A stretch of DNA of 64,000 nucleotides, taken from contig CALLKF010000116.1 in assembly GCA_938008535.1 (NCBI GenBank), positions 11,376 through 75,375 of the forward strand, written 5' to 3'. Under the pieces are notes generated by a model, which was given only the letters and a program-made list of their open reading frames with translations, was not told the DNA's origin and did not search any database. Position 1 is the stretch's first letter; each line of letters starts with the position of its first letter. The stretch is from an uncultured Saprospirales bacterium (GTDB taxonomy: Bacteria > Bacteroidota > Bacteroidia > Chitinophagales > JADIYW01). The translations under genes and the position numbers were made by a program. This document shows positions 8,967-18,588 of the stretch, one piece after another.

Positions 8967-9440
8967 ATGAAATCAGCTTCTTTAAGCGACGTAAAAAACG
9001 AGCTCGGTCATTTAGATAAAAATGAATTGACGGAATTATGTTTGCGCTTGGCTCGTTATAAAAAAGAAAATAAAGAACTGCTTTCCTATTTGCTATTTGA
9101 TGCAAATGATGAAGAAAATTACAAAAACAACATCAAACTATTAATCGATGAAAACTTTGAAGCGATTACACAAACGAATTTATATTTGGTAAAAAAGAGT
9201 TTGAGAAAAATACTGCGCATCGCCAATAAACACATCAAATATTCGCAAAATAAAGAGACAGAAATTGATGTATTAATTCATTTTTGTTCCGTTTTAAATC
9301 ATTCAAAAATACCATATAAGACAAATAAAGTTTTGAATAATTTATACAATAGTCAACACAAAAAAATAAATACTTGCCTACAAACATTGCATGAAGATTT
9401 ACAATATGATTTTCAAAAAAAACTAGATGAATTAAGCTGA
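8967..9440 (+). CDS. Hypothetical protein
   Basis: 157-aa ORF in an otherwise unoccupied interval; no motif recognised. Confidence 0.45.
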   Translation: MKSASLSDVKNELGHLDKNELTELCLRLARYKKENKELLSYLLFDANDEENYKNNIKLLIDENFEAITQTNLYLVKKSLRKILRIANKHIKYSQNKETEIDVLIHFCSVLNHSKIPYKTNKVLNNLYNSQHKKINTCLQTLHEDLQYDFQKKLDELS

Positions 9441-9515
9441 TTTTTCAAAGAAGTTATCCATACTTGTTTATTTTACTCACTCAAAATCTTGAATTTCTCG
9501 AATTATATTTGTTTC

Positions 9516-12161
9516 ATGGCAGATGATGTAGTAAAAGAAAAAGTAAAACGTACTAAAAAAGCTCCTATTCAAGAAGAAGCAGTTGAAGACAATTCGCCTG
9601 CGCCAATTATTGATGCAGAAACTGTAAAAACCGCATTCGGTTTGTTTTTCTTATTTGTTTCCATCGTTTTGTTTGTAGCTTTTTTTTCGTATTTATTTAC
9701 ATGGAAAGATGACCAAGATAAAGTAATGAATTTTTCCTGGAAAATCATTTTCAGTAAAGAAGCAATCGTAGAAAATAAAATGGGTCGAATTGGTGCATAT
9801 TTATCGCATCTATTTTTCTATGATTTTTTTGGAATTGCATCCTTTATTGTTCCGTATATCTTTTTTGCAATTGGTGTAAATATTACGTTTAAAGAAAAAA
9901 TATTTCGAATTACAAAAGTATTTTTTACCTGTTTATTTTGGTTGATTTTTATTGCTACGCTGGCTACTTTTATTTTTCCAAATGCAAGTTTTCCGTATGG
10001 TGGTGGTTTAGGAAAAAATAATTATGAATGGCTTTCTACTTTTATTGGCAATTTAGGATTAGGCATTTTATTAGCCATCATTGGATTCTCATTTTTAGGT
10101 TTTAATGTGCGAGATACATTTTTAAAGTTTAAAACATGGAAACAACAATGGCAAGAAAAAAGAAGATTACTTGCTCTAGAAAAAGAAGTGTATAAAAATT
10201 CTAAAATCGAAAATGATATTGATGAATTTTATAAAGAAGATGAATTAATAAAAGAAGATGGTTACGAAATGGAAAGCATCATTCCTGCAGAAATAGAATT
10301 ACCAACACCACATTTTGATGACAAAACATTTGAAATAATTAATGAAAATGATTCAAACCCAGAAATAATTCTTCCAGAAATAAAACCGATTGACGAAAAA
10401 TATTTGGAAATGGAATTGGTAGAAAAACCAGTTGATGACACCAATGAGATTGAATTAGAAAATCCAACTTTAATAAAACAAAAATCTGTTAAAGAAGATG
10501 ATATTGATTTAGAAATTGAGGAATTACAAGCATTTGGAACTGCTAACTCAGCAGATTTATTAGCAGCAAATACTATAAAAAGCACTACTGAAATAAATCC
10601 TGCAACACAACGTGCGCTCGAACATTTTGGCTTAGATACAGAATTCGATCCAAAATTGGAATTATCTGACTACAAATATCCACCATTATCATTAATGGAA
10701 GATCATGGTAGCGGACAAATAGAAATTAACAAAGAAGAGCTCGAAGCTAATAAAAATCAAATTGTTCAAACATTGTTGAATTACAATATTGGCATCGATA
10801 AAATAAAAGCAACTGTTGGTCCGACTGTTACGCTGTATGAAATTGTTCCAGAAAAAGGCGTGCGTATTTCTAAAATTAAAAACTTAGAAGATGACATCGC
10901 GTTGAGTTTGGCTGCGCTTGGTATTCGTATCATCGCACCCATTCCTGGTCGAGGCACCATTGGTATTGAAGTGCCAAATGTAAAGAAAAGCATCGTCTCG
11001 ATGAAGTCGATGATTAATGGCGAAAAATTCCAAAAATCAGATGCTGATTTGCCAATTGCGTTAGGCAAAACCATTTCGAACGAAGATTTTGTTGTTGACT
11101 TAGCAAAAATGCCTCACTTATTGATGGCTGGTGCTACTGGTCAAGGAAAATCAGTTGGTTTAAATGCGATTTTGGTTTCTTTATTATACAAAAAACATCC
11201 AGCAGAATTAAAATTTGTTTTAGTCGATCCGAAAAAAGTAGAATTGAATTTGTATAAATTAATTGAGAATCATTATTTGGCGAAATTGCCAAATGAAGAA
11301 GATGCCATTATTACGGATAACAAAAAAGTAATTTACACCTTGAATGCTTTGTGCATCGAAATGGATCAGCGTTATGAATTACTCAAAACTGCTCAGGTTC
11401 GACAAATCAAAGAATACAATCAGAAATTTTTGGCGCGACAACTTAATCCAAACAATGGTCACCGATTCTTACCATATATAGTTTTAGTTGTCGATGAATT
11501 TGCCGATTTGATGATGACTGCAGGAAAAGAAGTAGAAGTTCCGATTGCACGTTTGGCTCAATTGGCGCGCGCAATTGGTATTCATTTGGTGATTGCAACA
11601 CAACGACCTTCGGTAAATATTATTACTGGAACCATTAAAGCGAATTTTCCAGGTAGAATTGCTTTCAAAGTAACAGCAAAAGTAGATTCACGCACAATTT
11701 TAGATGCAAGTGGTGCCGATCAATTGATTGGTCGCGGTGATATGCTTTTATCTCAAAGTGGTGAACTCACACGTTTGCAGTGTCCATTTGTGGACACACC
11801 AGAAGTAGAACGCATTGCAAAATTTATTGGTGATCAACGCGGTTTTGCTACATCTTACGAGTTGCCTGAATACATCGATCCAAAAGATAAAGACAATAAT
11901 AGTGGTGATCGTTTCATGGATTTAGGAAATCGAGACGAATTATTTACCGAAGCAGCACGCTTAATTGTGCGCAATCAAATTGGTTCTACATCATTAATTC
12001 AACGAAAATTAGCACTTGGCTACGCACGTTCTGGTCGTTTAATGGATCAATTGGAAGCAGTTGGCATCGTTGGTCCAAACGTTGGCAGCAAAGCAAGAGA
12101 AGTATATGTAAAAACTGACGAAGAATTGGAACGAATTTTGCAAGAGATTGGTGAAAAATAA
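9516..12161 (+). CDS. ftsK: DNA translocase FtsK/SpoIIIE
   Basis: N-terminal TM segments, an acidic linker, Walker A GATGQGKS, VVDEFADLMM, and a C-terminal winged-helix gamma domain (STSLIQRKLALGYARSGRLMDQLE). The ATG at 9516 is preferred over the TTG at 9489. Confidence 0.9.
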   Translation: MADDVVKEKVKRTKKAPIQEEAVEDNSPAPIIDAETVKTAFGLFFLFVSIVLFVAFFSYLFTWKDDQDKVMNFSWKIIFSKEAIVENKMGRIGAYLSHLFFYDFFGIASFIVPYIFFAIGVNITFKEKIFRITKVFFTCLFWLIFIATLATFIFPNASFPYGGGLGKNNYEWLSTFIGNLGLGILLAIIGFSFLGFNVRDTFLKFKTWKQQWQEKRRLLALEKEVYKNSKIENDIDEFYKEDELIKEDGYEMESIIPAEIELPTPHFDDKTFEIINENDSNPEIILPEIKPIDEKYLEMELVEKPVDDTNEIELENPTLIKQKSVKEDDIDLEIEELQAFGTANSADLLAANTIKSTTEINPATQRALEHFGLDTEFDPKLELSDYKYPPLSLMEDHGSGQIEINKEELEANKNQIVQTLLNYNIGIDKIKATVGPTVTLYEIVPEKGVRISKIKNLEDDIALSLAALGIRIIAPIPGRGTIGIEVPNVKKSIVSMKSMINGEKFQKSDADLPIALGKTISNEDFVVDLAKMPHLLMAGATGQGKSVGLNAILVSLLYKKHPAELKFVLVDPKKVELNLYKLIENHYLAKLPNEEDAIITDNKKVIYTLNALCIEMDQRYELLKTAQVRQIKEYNQKFLARQLNPNNGHRFLPYIVLVVDEFADLMMTAGKEVEVPIARLAQLARAIGIHLVIATQRPSVNIITGTIKANFPGRIAFKVTAKVDSRTILDASGADQLIGRGDMLLSQSGELTRLQCPFVDTPEVERIAKFIGDQRGFATSYELPEYIDPKDKDNNSGDRFMDLGNRDELFTEAARLIVRNQIGSTSLIQRKLALGYARSGRLMDQLEAVGIVGPNVGSKAREVYVKTDEELERILQEIGEK

Positions 12162-12168
12162 TTTCAAG

Positions 12169-12268
12169 CTATAAGTTATAGGTTATAAGTTACAGCTAAA
12201 ATATTCTATTTTAGCGTTTTACTTTTTTAATATCAACCAAATAACTTATAACAAATAACAATTAACTC
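12169..12268. repeat. Intergenic word-repeat palindrome (ataagttataggtt family), second copy
   Basis: 12172-12192 is identical over 21 nt to 3512-3532. The right arm ataacttataacaaataac is complementary to gttataagttat. Confidence 0.7.
12195..12215 (+). terminator. Putative weak intrinsic terminator after ftsK
   Basis: gctaaaat-attct-attttagc forms an 8-bp AT-rich stem, followed by gttttactttttt. Confidence 0.35.
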
Positions 12269-12277
12269 AAATAAACG

Positions 12278-12934
12278 ATGATATACCTTTTTTCATTTTT
12301 AACTTTTTTCTTATCTATTTTCGGAATACAAACGGATAGCAAAACTTTGAATGATCCGAAAGCGAAAACCTTATTGGATAATGTAAGCAAAACGTATAAA
12401 GGTTTTACTTCTATTGATGCAAAAATTTCATTAGTAACGGAAAATCCGCAAGCCAATAAAACCACTACACAAAATGGAAGTGTTTATATTAAAGGCGAAA
12501 AATATAAGATTGATATGGGTAAGCAAGAAGTGTATTGCGACAATAAAAGTGTTTGGACCTATTTGAAAGATATTAACGAAGTTCAAATCAACGATTATGA
12601 ACCAAATAAAGAAGACATTACACCATCAAACATGTTTACCATTTACAAAAATGATTTTAATTACATGATGAATGGTGAAGAAGTTATTGACAAGGCAACT
12701 TGTTCAATTGTTGATTTGATGCCAAAAGATAAAAGCAAACCGTTTTTTAAAGTTCGTATATGGATTGACAAAAATGCAAAATACATTAAACGAATGAAAG
12801 CATTTGATAAAAACGGAAATCGATATACTTATAATGTTACTTCATTTAATTCAAAAGCAGGTTTAGATGATAATTTTTTTAAATTCGATGCTACCAAACA
12901 TCCAGGTGTGAAGGTTGAAGACTTGCGATTATAA
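12278..12934 (+). CDS. lolA: LolA-like outer-membrane lipoprotein carrier protein
   Basis: 218 aa with a signal peptide and a LolA-like pattern (FTSIDAKISLVTENPQ..., VYIKGEKYKIDMG). The ftsK-lolA synteny is common in bacteria. Confidence 0.65.
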   Translation: MIYLFSFLTFFLSIFGIQTDSKTLNDPKAKTLLDNVSKTYKGFTSIDAKISLVTENPQANKTTTQNGSVYIKGEKYKIDMGKQEVYCDNKSVWTYLKDINEVQINDYEPNKEDITPSNMFTIYKNDFNYMMNGEEVIDKATCSIVDLMPKDKSKPFFKVRIWIDKNAKYIKRMKAFDKNGNRYTYNVTSFNSKAGLDDNFFKFDATKHPGVKVEDLRL

Positions 12935-12981
12935 TTTATTTCTTTTTCTATTTTCAAAAAAAATTTGTTTAAATTCATTGT

Positions 12982-13542
12982 ATGCTTGAATTTAATTTTG
13001 ATTTATTTCCAGAACTTATTACCGAACGATTGGTTTTGCGACCACTTACTTTAGATGATGCTCCATCTTTATTTGAATTAAACACCAATGATGATGCATT
13101 AAAATATTTAGGTTTTTTACGGATGCATTCTGTTAATGATGCTATCAAAAAAATAGAAAAAATCACAGAAGATATAGCTACAACAGATTGCATGTATTGG
13201 GCAATTTCTACTAAAGAAAATTTAGAATTAATTGGCACTATTTGTTTATTTCATTTTAAAAAGCAACATCATCGTGGTGAAGTTGGTTATATGTTGCATC
13301 CAAATTTCTGGCGAAAAGGAATTTTGCAAGAATGCATGCATGCTGTTTTAGATTATGGTTTTAATGTGTTGAACTTTCATTCTTTAGAAGCTATTGTTGA
13401 CCCAGAAAATGCGGCAAGTATTGGCTTACTCGAGAAAAATAAATTTGTACGTGAAGCATATTTCAAAGAAGATTTTTACCAAGATGGAAAATTTAATGAT
13501 ACTGCAATTTATTCTTTATTAAAATCTAATTGGAAGAAATAA
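12982..13542 (+). CDS. GNAT-family N-acetyltransferase (RimJ/RimL-like)
   Basis: 186 aa; TERLVLRPLTLDDAPSLFEL at the N-terminus and the acetyl-CoA motif region HPNFWRKGILQE. Confidence 0.8.
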   Translation: MLEFNFDLFPELITERLVLRPLTLDDAPSLFELNTNDDALKYLGFLRMHSVNDAIKKIEKITEDIATTDCMYWAISTKENLELIGTICLFHFKKQHHRGEVGYMLHPNFWRKGILQECMHAVLDYGFNVLNFHSLEAIVDPENAASIGLLEKNKFVREAYFKEDFYQDGKFNDTAIYSLLKSNWKK

Positions 13543-13607
13543 AGTGAAGGTGAAAGTGTAGTGGCGCATTACATGGGTCATGTTCATTCAAGTTTCAACA
13601 AATTAAT

Positions 13608-13712
13608 ATCACTAAGTCGCACTGAGAAAGAATAGAGAAAAAGAATGTGTGTAATATGGTATAATTTTGCTGATTTATATAACTCAGTGAAAACTCCTTG
13701 TAACTCTGTGAT
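13608..13712. repeat. Intergenic imperfect palindrome (cactaag/cactgag words)
   Basis: Left arm atcactaagtcgcactgag versus right arm ctcagtgaaaactccttgtaactctgtgat; the termini atcac/gtgat and cactgag/ctcagtg are complementary. Confidence 0.55.
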
Positions 13713-13730
13713 ATTTTTTTGCATAAAAAA

Positions 13731-13752
13731 AGCCACCGCAAATGCGATGGCT
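13731..13752 (-). terminator. Intrinsic terminator (bidirectional geometry) between convergent genes
   Basis: agccaccgc-aaat-gcgatggct forms a 9-bp stem with 1 mismatch. It is flanked by an A7 run upstream and ttct downstream, so the U-tract is stronger on the minus strand (PDZ gene). Confidence 0.6.
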
Positions 13753-13778
13753 TTCTATATAAATAGTAATGTTTTTTT

Positions 13779-14702
13779 TTATTGCAAGATGATTTTTTTG
13801 TTCGTTTGCTTCTCACCTATTTTTAATTGAATTAAATAAGCACCTTTTGGTTCATTTTCTAAATTAAATTGTTTAGAAAATTCTCCTGTGAAATTTTGTA
13901 TAATTTCTGCTTGAACAATTCTTCCAGAAATATCAAAAACCGTTAGCATTGGTGTACCTTTTTCGTTTGATGCAAAATCAACCGTAATTTTTCCGTTGCT
14001 TGGATTTGGTGCAATAATAAATTTATCCGCAATTAATTCTGTACTGATTGGTTTTTTAATTTCAATTGGTGCAGCAACATCTGGTGTAATTTTATACAAT
14101 GTATATTCTTTAATAGGACAACCACAATCACATTTTTCTCTTTCTTTTTTGATGTTGTTAATGGCTTGCAACTTATCTTCTAAACCAAAATACAATTGTT
14201 TAGCAGTTGGCAAATCCGACAAAGCTGTAACTGTAGTTTTTCCAGTTTCATCTGTTTTAGAAATTGAAATTGGTGTTTTATCTTTTATTAATATGTCTGT
14301 TTTATCATCAGCAAAAATCCAATGTTCGCCATCAGCTTTCACACTTTTTTCTAATTTAAAATTAATTGCTTCTGGTTTTTTACCAAGTGTAACTTTTGTA
14401 GAATATGTTACACCAATTCTCACATAACTTAATGTTATTGCATTACCTAAGTCATAGTTAGCAACTTGTGTAACTAAATCAGATTTTTTCAAAACTGCAA
14501 CACCATTTACGGCAGTAATGATATCATTTTCTTTCAATCCAAATTTCTTCGCAGCGCCATTTTCAAACAATTCTGTAATCTGCGCGCCATTTGTATCATT
14601 GCTTATATAATCGCTTATAGTAACACCTAAAAAACCTGTATTTTTAGCAAATGTAACAGATAAAAAAATAAGTAATAAAGTAGAAAGTAAAAATTTTTTC
14701 AT
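13779..14702 (-). CDS. Secreted PDZ-domain protein with T9SS C-terminal sorting domain (paralog A)
   Basis: Signal peptide, a PDZ-like region (GAAKKFGLKENDIITAVNG), and a C-terminal PNPSNGKITVDF...YLIQLKIGEKQTNKKIILQ typical of a Por-secretion CTD. Confidence 0.75.
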   Translation of the reverse strand: MKKFLLSTLLLIFLSVTFAKNTGFLGVTISDYISNDTNGAQITELFENGAAKKFGLKENDIITAVNGVAVLKKSDLVTQVANYDLGNAITLSYVRIGVTYSTKVTLGKKPEAINFKLEKSVKADGEHWIFADDKTDILIKDKTPISISKTDETGKTTVTALSDLPTAKQLYFGLEDKLQAINNIKKEREKCDCGCPIKEYTLYKITPDVAAPIEIKKPISTELIADKFIIAPNPSNGKITVDFASNEKGTPMLTVFDISGRIVQAEIIQNFTGEFSKQFNLENEPKGAYLIQLKIGEKQTNKKIILQ

Positions 14703-14788
14703 GATGAAAAATTTTAAATGATAAATTAATTTTTTGCAAGATAGCGAAAAAATATGCAGATAAATTTCTTAAATTTTATAAAAAAATG

Positions 14789-15712
14789 TTAATGCAAGAA
14801 TATGCGCTTACTGATTTGTTTTTCACCAATTTTTAATTGAATTAAATATTCACCTTTTGGTTGATTTGTAAGATTAAATTGCTTTGTAGATTCTCCAGAA
14901 AAATCTTGCAACACTTCTGTTTGCACCACACGACCAACAATATCAAATATAGACAGTTGCATAATATCTTTTAGTTCAGAAATAATTTTTACAGAAAACT
15001 GACCCGTTGAAGGATTTGGATATACAGAAAACACATCTATATTTAAATCAGTTTGTGATAGTTGTTTTTTCTCTTTCTTTGGATCTTTCGCTTCTTTGAT
15101 ATAAACAATTTCTTTTGTCTTACAATTGCGTTTTGCTTGGTCTTCTTTGATGCGTTTTATACCTTCAACTTTATCATTAATATCTAAAAAATATTGTGGC
15201 ACTTCTTCATTTTTATAAATAGTGCCAACTATCCAAGTATCTGTTTTACCAGTTGAATCTGATTTAGAAATTGAAACTGGAGTATTGTCATCACGCAATA
15301 AAATATCAGTTTTATCATCTTTAAAAAACCAATGTTCGCCATCTTTTTTAATTGATTTTTTTATGTTATAAGTGCGTTTTGTTCCTTTATAACCTAAATA
15401 AATTTTTAAAGATTCTACTTTTCCATTTCTAATAAAATCAATTAGCACCAAGTCGCCCCAATTATAAGCATCCAATTCATTAACTAAATCATCTGTTTTT
15501 AAAATAGGTTTTGTATTTATTTTTGTGATAATATCATTTTCTTTCAAGCCATATTGCTTGGCTGCACCATCATCAAAAACATTGACCACTTGCACGCCAG
15601 TAATTTTTTTATTTGTATAATTATATATAGAAATTCCTAAATAACCTGGATTATTGGCACTGATTTTGGTTATATAACCGAAAAGTAAAAGAAAAAATAA
15701 AAGAAAGCGCAT
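14789..15712 (-). CDS. Secreted PDZ-domain protein with T9SS C-terminal sorting domain (paralog B)
   Basis: Same length (307 aa) and architecture as 13779..14702, with shared blocks KxDGEHW(I/F)FxDDKTDIL and YLIQLKIGEKQ. Confidence 0.75.
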   Translation of the reverse strand: MRFLLFFLLLFGYITKISANNPGYLGISIYNYTNKKITGVQVVNVFDDGAAKQYGLKENDIITKINTKPILKTDDLVNELDAYNWGDLVLIDFIRNGKVESLKIYLGYKGTKRTYNIKKSIKKDGEHWFFKDDKTDILLRDDNTPVSISKSDSTGKTDTWIVGTIYKNEEVPQYFLDINDKVEGIKRIKEDQAKRNCKTKEIVYIKEAKDPKKEKKQLSQTDLNIDVFSVYPNPSTGQFSVKIISELKDIMQLSIFDIVGRVVQTEVLQDFSGESTKQFNLTNQPKGEYLIQLKIGEKQISKRIFLH

Positions 15713-15813
15713 AAACCTTGCTTAAATTTGTAAGTCTAACAAAAGTAATGCATTATTTGTAAATCAAAATTATTTCTTTATTTTTAACCATTAATTAGTA
15801 ACTAAAATTAGGT

Positions 15814-16422
15814 ATGAGCAAGTCGATTTTTCTAATGAGTTTTTTTATAGTAGCATTTAATTATACTTCTTTTGCTGAAGAAAATTGGAAATTAGAAAAA
15901 AACAAAGATGGCATTAAAATTTGGACACGCAAGCCAGCCAATTCAAATTTAAAAGAATATCAAGGAAATGCAATTATACAAACAAGTGTAGATAAATTAG
16001 TAGCAATTTTCAAAAATCCAAAAACATATCAAAAATGGATGTATAAAATTCCTGAAGGTGGAATTAAAGTGATAAAAAAAGTAAACGATAATGATTTTTA
16101 TGTTCAAATTATTATGAGTGCACCATTAATTAAAAGTAGAGAATCATTAGTACATTTGACCATTTTACCAGCAGATGACAAAGGTTGTGTTTTAGTCAAT
16201 ATGGAAGGTGCGCCAACTTTATTGCCACCAAATGATAATTATGTTCGTATTGAAAAAATGAAAGCTTTCTGGAAGTTTGTGCCATTGCCAAATGGAAAAG
16301 TAGAAGTAACGCATCAAGCATTGAGTTCTGTTGGTGGAAATATTCCAGATGCATTTGTGAATTTAGCGATTGCAGATGCGCCATTTTCGATGATTTCGAA
16401 ATTGAAAGAAATGGTTAAATAG
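15814..16422 (+). CDS. START/SRPBCC-like lipid-binding domain protein, secreted
   Basis: 202 aa with a signal peptide and a START-like pattern (NWKLEKNKDGIKIWTRK...EYQG...). Confidence 0.55.
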   Translation: MSKSIFLMSFFIVAFNYTSFAEENWKLEKNKDGIKIWTRKPANSNLKEYQGNAIIQTSVDKLVAIFKNPKTYQKWMYKIPEGGIKVIKKVNDNDFYVQIIMSAPLIKSRESLVHLTILPADDKGCVLVNMEGAPTLLPPNDNYVRIEKMKAFWKFVPLPNGKVEVTHQALSSVGGNIPDAFVNLAIADAPFSMISKLKEMVK

Positions 16423-17683
16423 TCTGCACTGAAAATCCTAATTTCTTCAAGTCATTCCAAAATAACGGATACGATTTTGCCACCACATTTGGTTCTTCAA
16501 TTAAAATAGATTTTGTTTTTAAACACAAAGGTGCGAAAGCCATTGCCATGCGATGGTCTTCGTAAGTAGCAATAGATGTTGTGTGGTGTGAGTGGTGTGA
16601 GTGGTGTGAGTCGTTTGTCGTAGTCATATCTAAACTAAGTTGCCAATGATTACTATCTATTTCAGTTAATGAAGCTAACTTTAATTTTTTCAATTCATTA
16701 TCTAATGCAGCAATACGATCGGTTTCTTTGATGCGTAATGTTTGCAAACCACCACAATTCATTTCAATTGAGGAAGCAGCACAAAATGTAATTACAGTTT
16801 GTGCAATATCTGGACATTCAATAAAATCAAAATTATACAATCCAAAATCTGGTTTTCGTACTTTATTGAGCACAATTGCATTTTCATTCCAGGTGGTTTC
16901 CACTCCAAAACTATCTGCAATTGCTGCAATTATAGCATCGCCTTGTAACTGTTGATTTGTTAAACCTTTCAATTCAATTTCTGCTTGTTCTGACAAAATT
17001 GCAATAGAATAAAAATAGGTTGCAGCACTCCAATCTGCTTCAACATAATATTTTTTCGGTTGATAATTTCCACTTCTCACTACAATTTTATTATCGACAA
17101 ATGAAGTTTCGACGCCAAAATATTCCATTATTTTTAAGGTCATTTTTATGTACGGAAATGAGACAATAGTGCCAATTAATTCAAGCTCTAAACCATTTTC
17201 TAAGGTTGGTGCAATTAATAAAAGTGCTGTAATGTATTGAGATGAAGTATCTGCTGGCAAGGTCACATTTCCACCTTTCAATTTTTTTCCTTTGATTTTT
17301 AGTGGTGGAAATCCATCTTTATTTTCATACGAAATATCTGCGCCTAATTGTTGCAATGCATTTACTAAAATTTTTATGGGTCGAAGTTGCATACGTTCGC
17401 TGCCAGTTAAAACTACTTCGCAACCTTCTTGTGTAGCTAAAAATGCAGTCAAAAATCTAAACGTAGTGCCACCAGCACCAGCATCTAAAACGGTACTTTC
17501 AGATTGCAATAATTGCTGCATAAACACGGTGTCATCAGCATTTGATAAATTTTCGATTTCAATTTGATTCCTACAAAGTGCATTGATGATTAAGACACGA
17601 TTACTGATACTTTTGGAACCATTTAAATAAATTGTTCCTTTTATAAAATTAGAAGTAGGTGGTTTTATTAGATATTTTTCCAA
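16415..17683 (-). CDS. aroA: 3-phosphoshikimate 1-carboxyvinyltransferase (EPSP synthase)
   Basis: LNGSKSISNRVLI, GAGGTTFRFL, LRIKETDRI and DHRMAMAF motifs. It contains an in-frame His/Ser-rich insertion. Confidence 0.9.
   Translation of the reverse strand: MEKYLIKPPTSNFIKGTIYLNGSKSISNRVLIINALCRNQIEIENLSNADDTVFMQQLLQSESTVLDAGAGGTTFRFLTAFLATQEGCEVVLTGSERMQLRPIKILVNALQQLGADISYENKDGFPPLKIKGKKLKGGNVTLPADTSSQYITALLLIAPTLENGLELELIGTIVSFPYIKMTLKIMEYFGVETSFVDNKIVVRSGNYQPKKYYVEADWSAATYFYSIAILSEQAEIELKGLTNQQLQGDAIIAAIADSFGVETTWNENAIVLNKVRKPDFGLYNFDFIECPDIAQTVITFCAASSIEMNCGGLQTLRIKETDRIAALDNELKKLKLASLTEIDSNHWQLSLDMTTTNDSHHSHHSHHTTSIATYEDHRMAMAFAPLCLKTKSILIEEPNVVAKSYPLFWNDLKKLGFSVQTI
16583..16609. repeat. 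Perfect 9-bp x3 tandem repeat inside aroA
   Basis: gtggtgtga occurs three times consecutively, encoding the SHH triplets of ...NDSHHSHHSHHTTS... on the minus strand. Confidence 0.9.
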
Positions 17684-17722
17684 GTAGAAAGTGTTAATGA
17701 TTAAAAAGTCAATTAACTGAAT

Positions 17723-17935
17723 TTATTTAAATTTCTCTCTATTCATTTTCCAAATAACCATAGCACCACCAATCGTTACAAATGGAAATGCCAATAAATA
17801 TAAAATACCAGTATTTAGACTTTTTGCATATTCTGAATGTGAAGCAGCTGCTTTACACATCGGACATTGTGCATATGAATTAGTTGCCAATACAACTAAA
17901 ATCAAAAGTAATATAAGTGAAATTATCTTTTTCAT
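17723..17935 (-). CDS. Small CxxC membrane-anchored protein, unknown function
   Basis: 70 aa with a signal-like N-terminus, a QCPMCK motif directly after it, and one C-terminal TM helix. It is the last gene of the oxidase block. Confidence 0.5.
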   Translation of the reverse strand: MKKIISLILLLILVVLATNSYAQCPMCKAAASHSEYAKSLNTGILYLLAFPFVTIGGAMVIWKMNREKFK

Positions 17936-18001
17936 GTGTGTAGTAAAATTACAAAATAAGGTACAATAAAAATGGAAATTATTGTTAAGGTTTGAAACTT
18001 A

Positions 18002-18544
18002 TCAATAATAAGGAGCCATGAATACATAAACTAATACACCTGAAATAGCAACATATAACCACAATGGGAAAGTAAATTTTGCCCATTTTTTATGTAAAAC
18101 AAAATTATTCTGAAATGCAAACGAAAATGTTTTTAGAACAAAAGGCAAGACAATTGTAGATAGAATGATATGTGATATCAGAATGAAAAAATAAACATAT
18201 CGGATTTTTCCAACACCTAAAAACTTACTGTCTTCTGCGTTTAAAGTATGATAAATAACATACGATGTTAAAAATACACAAGACAAAATCAATGCACTCA
18301 ACATCGCAAATCGATGTGCGTTTGATTTTTTATTTTTAATAAAAAACAACCCTAGAAGTAAGCAAATAGTTGTACCTGAGTTTACAAACGCATTAAATTT
18401 TGGAAAGAAAGATAAATTTACAGTGCTAGTAATTTCTGGTGGTGCAATTTTTAGCATAGCTATCACTAAAGCTGGTACAGCAATCGAAATAACTGCAATA
18501 ACTATATTGATTGTTTTTGTAGGAGTATATTTTAGAAATGACAT
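18002..18544 (-). CDS. DUF420-family membrane protein
   Basis: 180 aa with about 4-5 TM segments; its position after SCO in the oxidase cluster is typical of DUF420. Confidence 0.65.
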   Translation of the reverse strand: MSFLKYTPTKTINIVIAVISIAVPALVIAMLKIAPPEITSTVNLSFFPKFNAFVNSGTTICLLLGLFFIKNKKSNAHRFAMLSALILSCVFLTSYVIYHTLNAEDSKFLGVGKIRYVYFFILISHIILSTIVLPFVLKTFSFAFQNNFVLHKKWAKFTFPLWLYVAISGVLVYVFMAPYY

Positions 18545-18588
18545 AGGAATATTTTTATAGAAGTGAAAATGTAAAAACAGTTAATCAA

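Noticed and set aside
13595-13830. ORFs 13595..13816 (-) and 13645..13830 (+) in the GNAT/PDZ intergenic region
   Set aside because: They are low-complexity Lys/Phe-rich translations that run through the terminator hairpin and into the neighbouring gene. The region is better explained as an imperfect palindrome plus terminator.
16415-17683. Treating aroA as a pseudogene because of the odd His-rich stretch
   Set aside because: The reading frame is intact across the repeat (27 nt, a multiple of 3) and all conserved EPSPS blocks are present on both sides.
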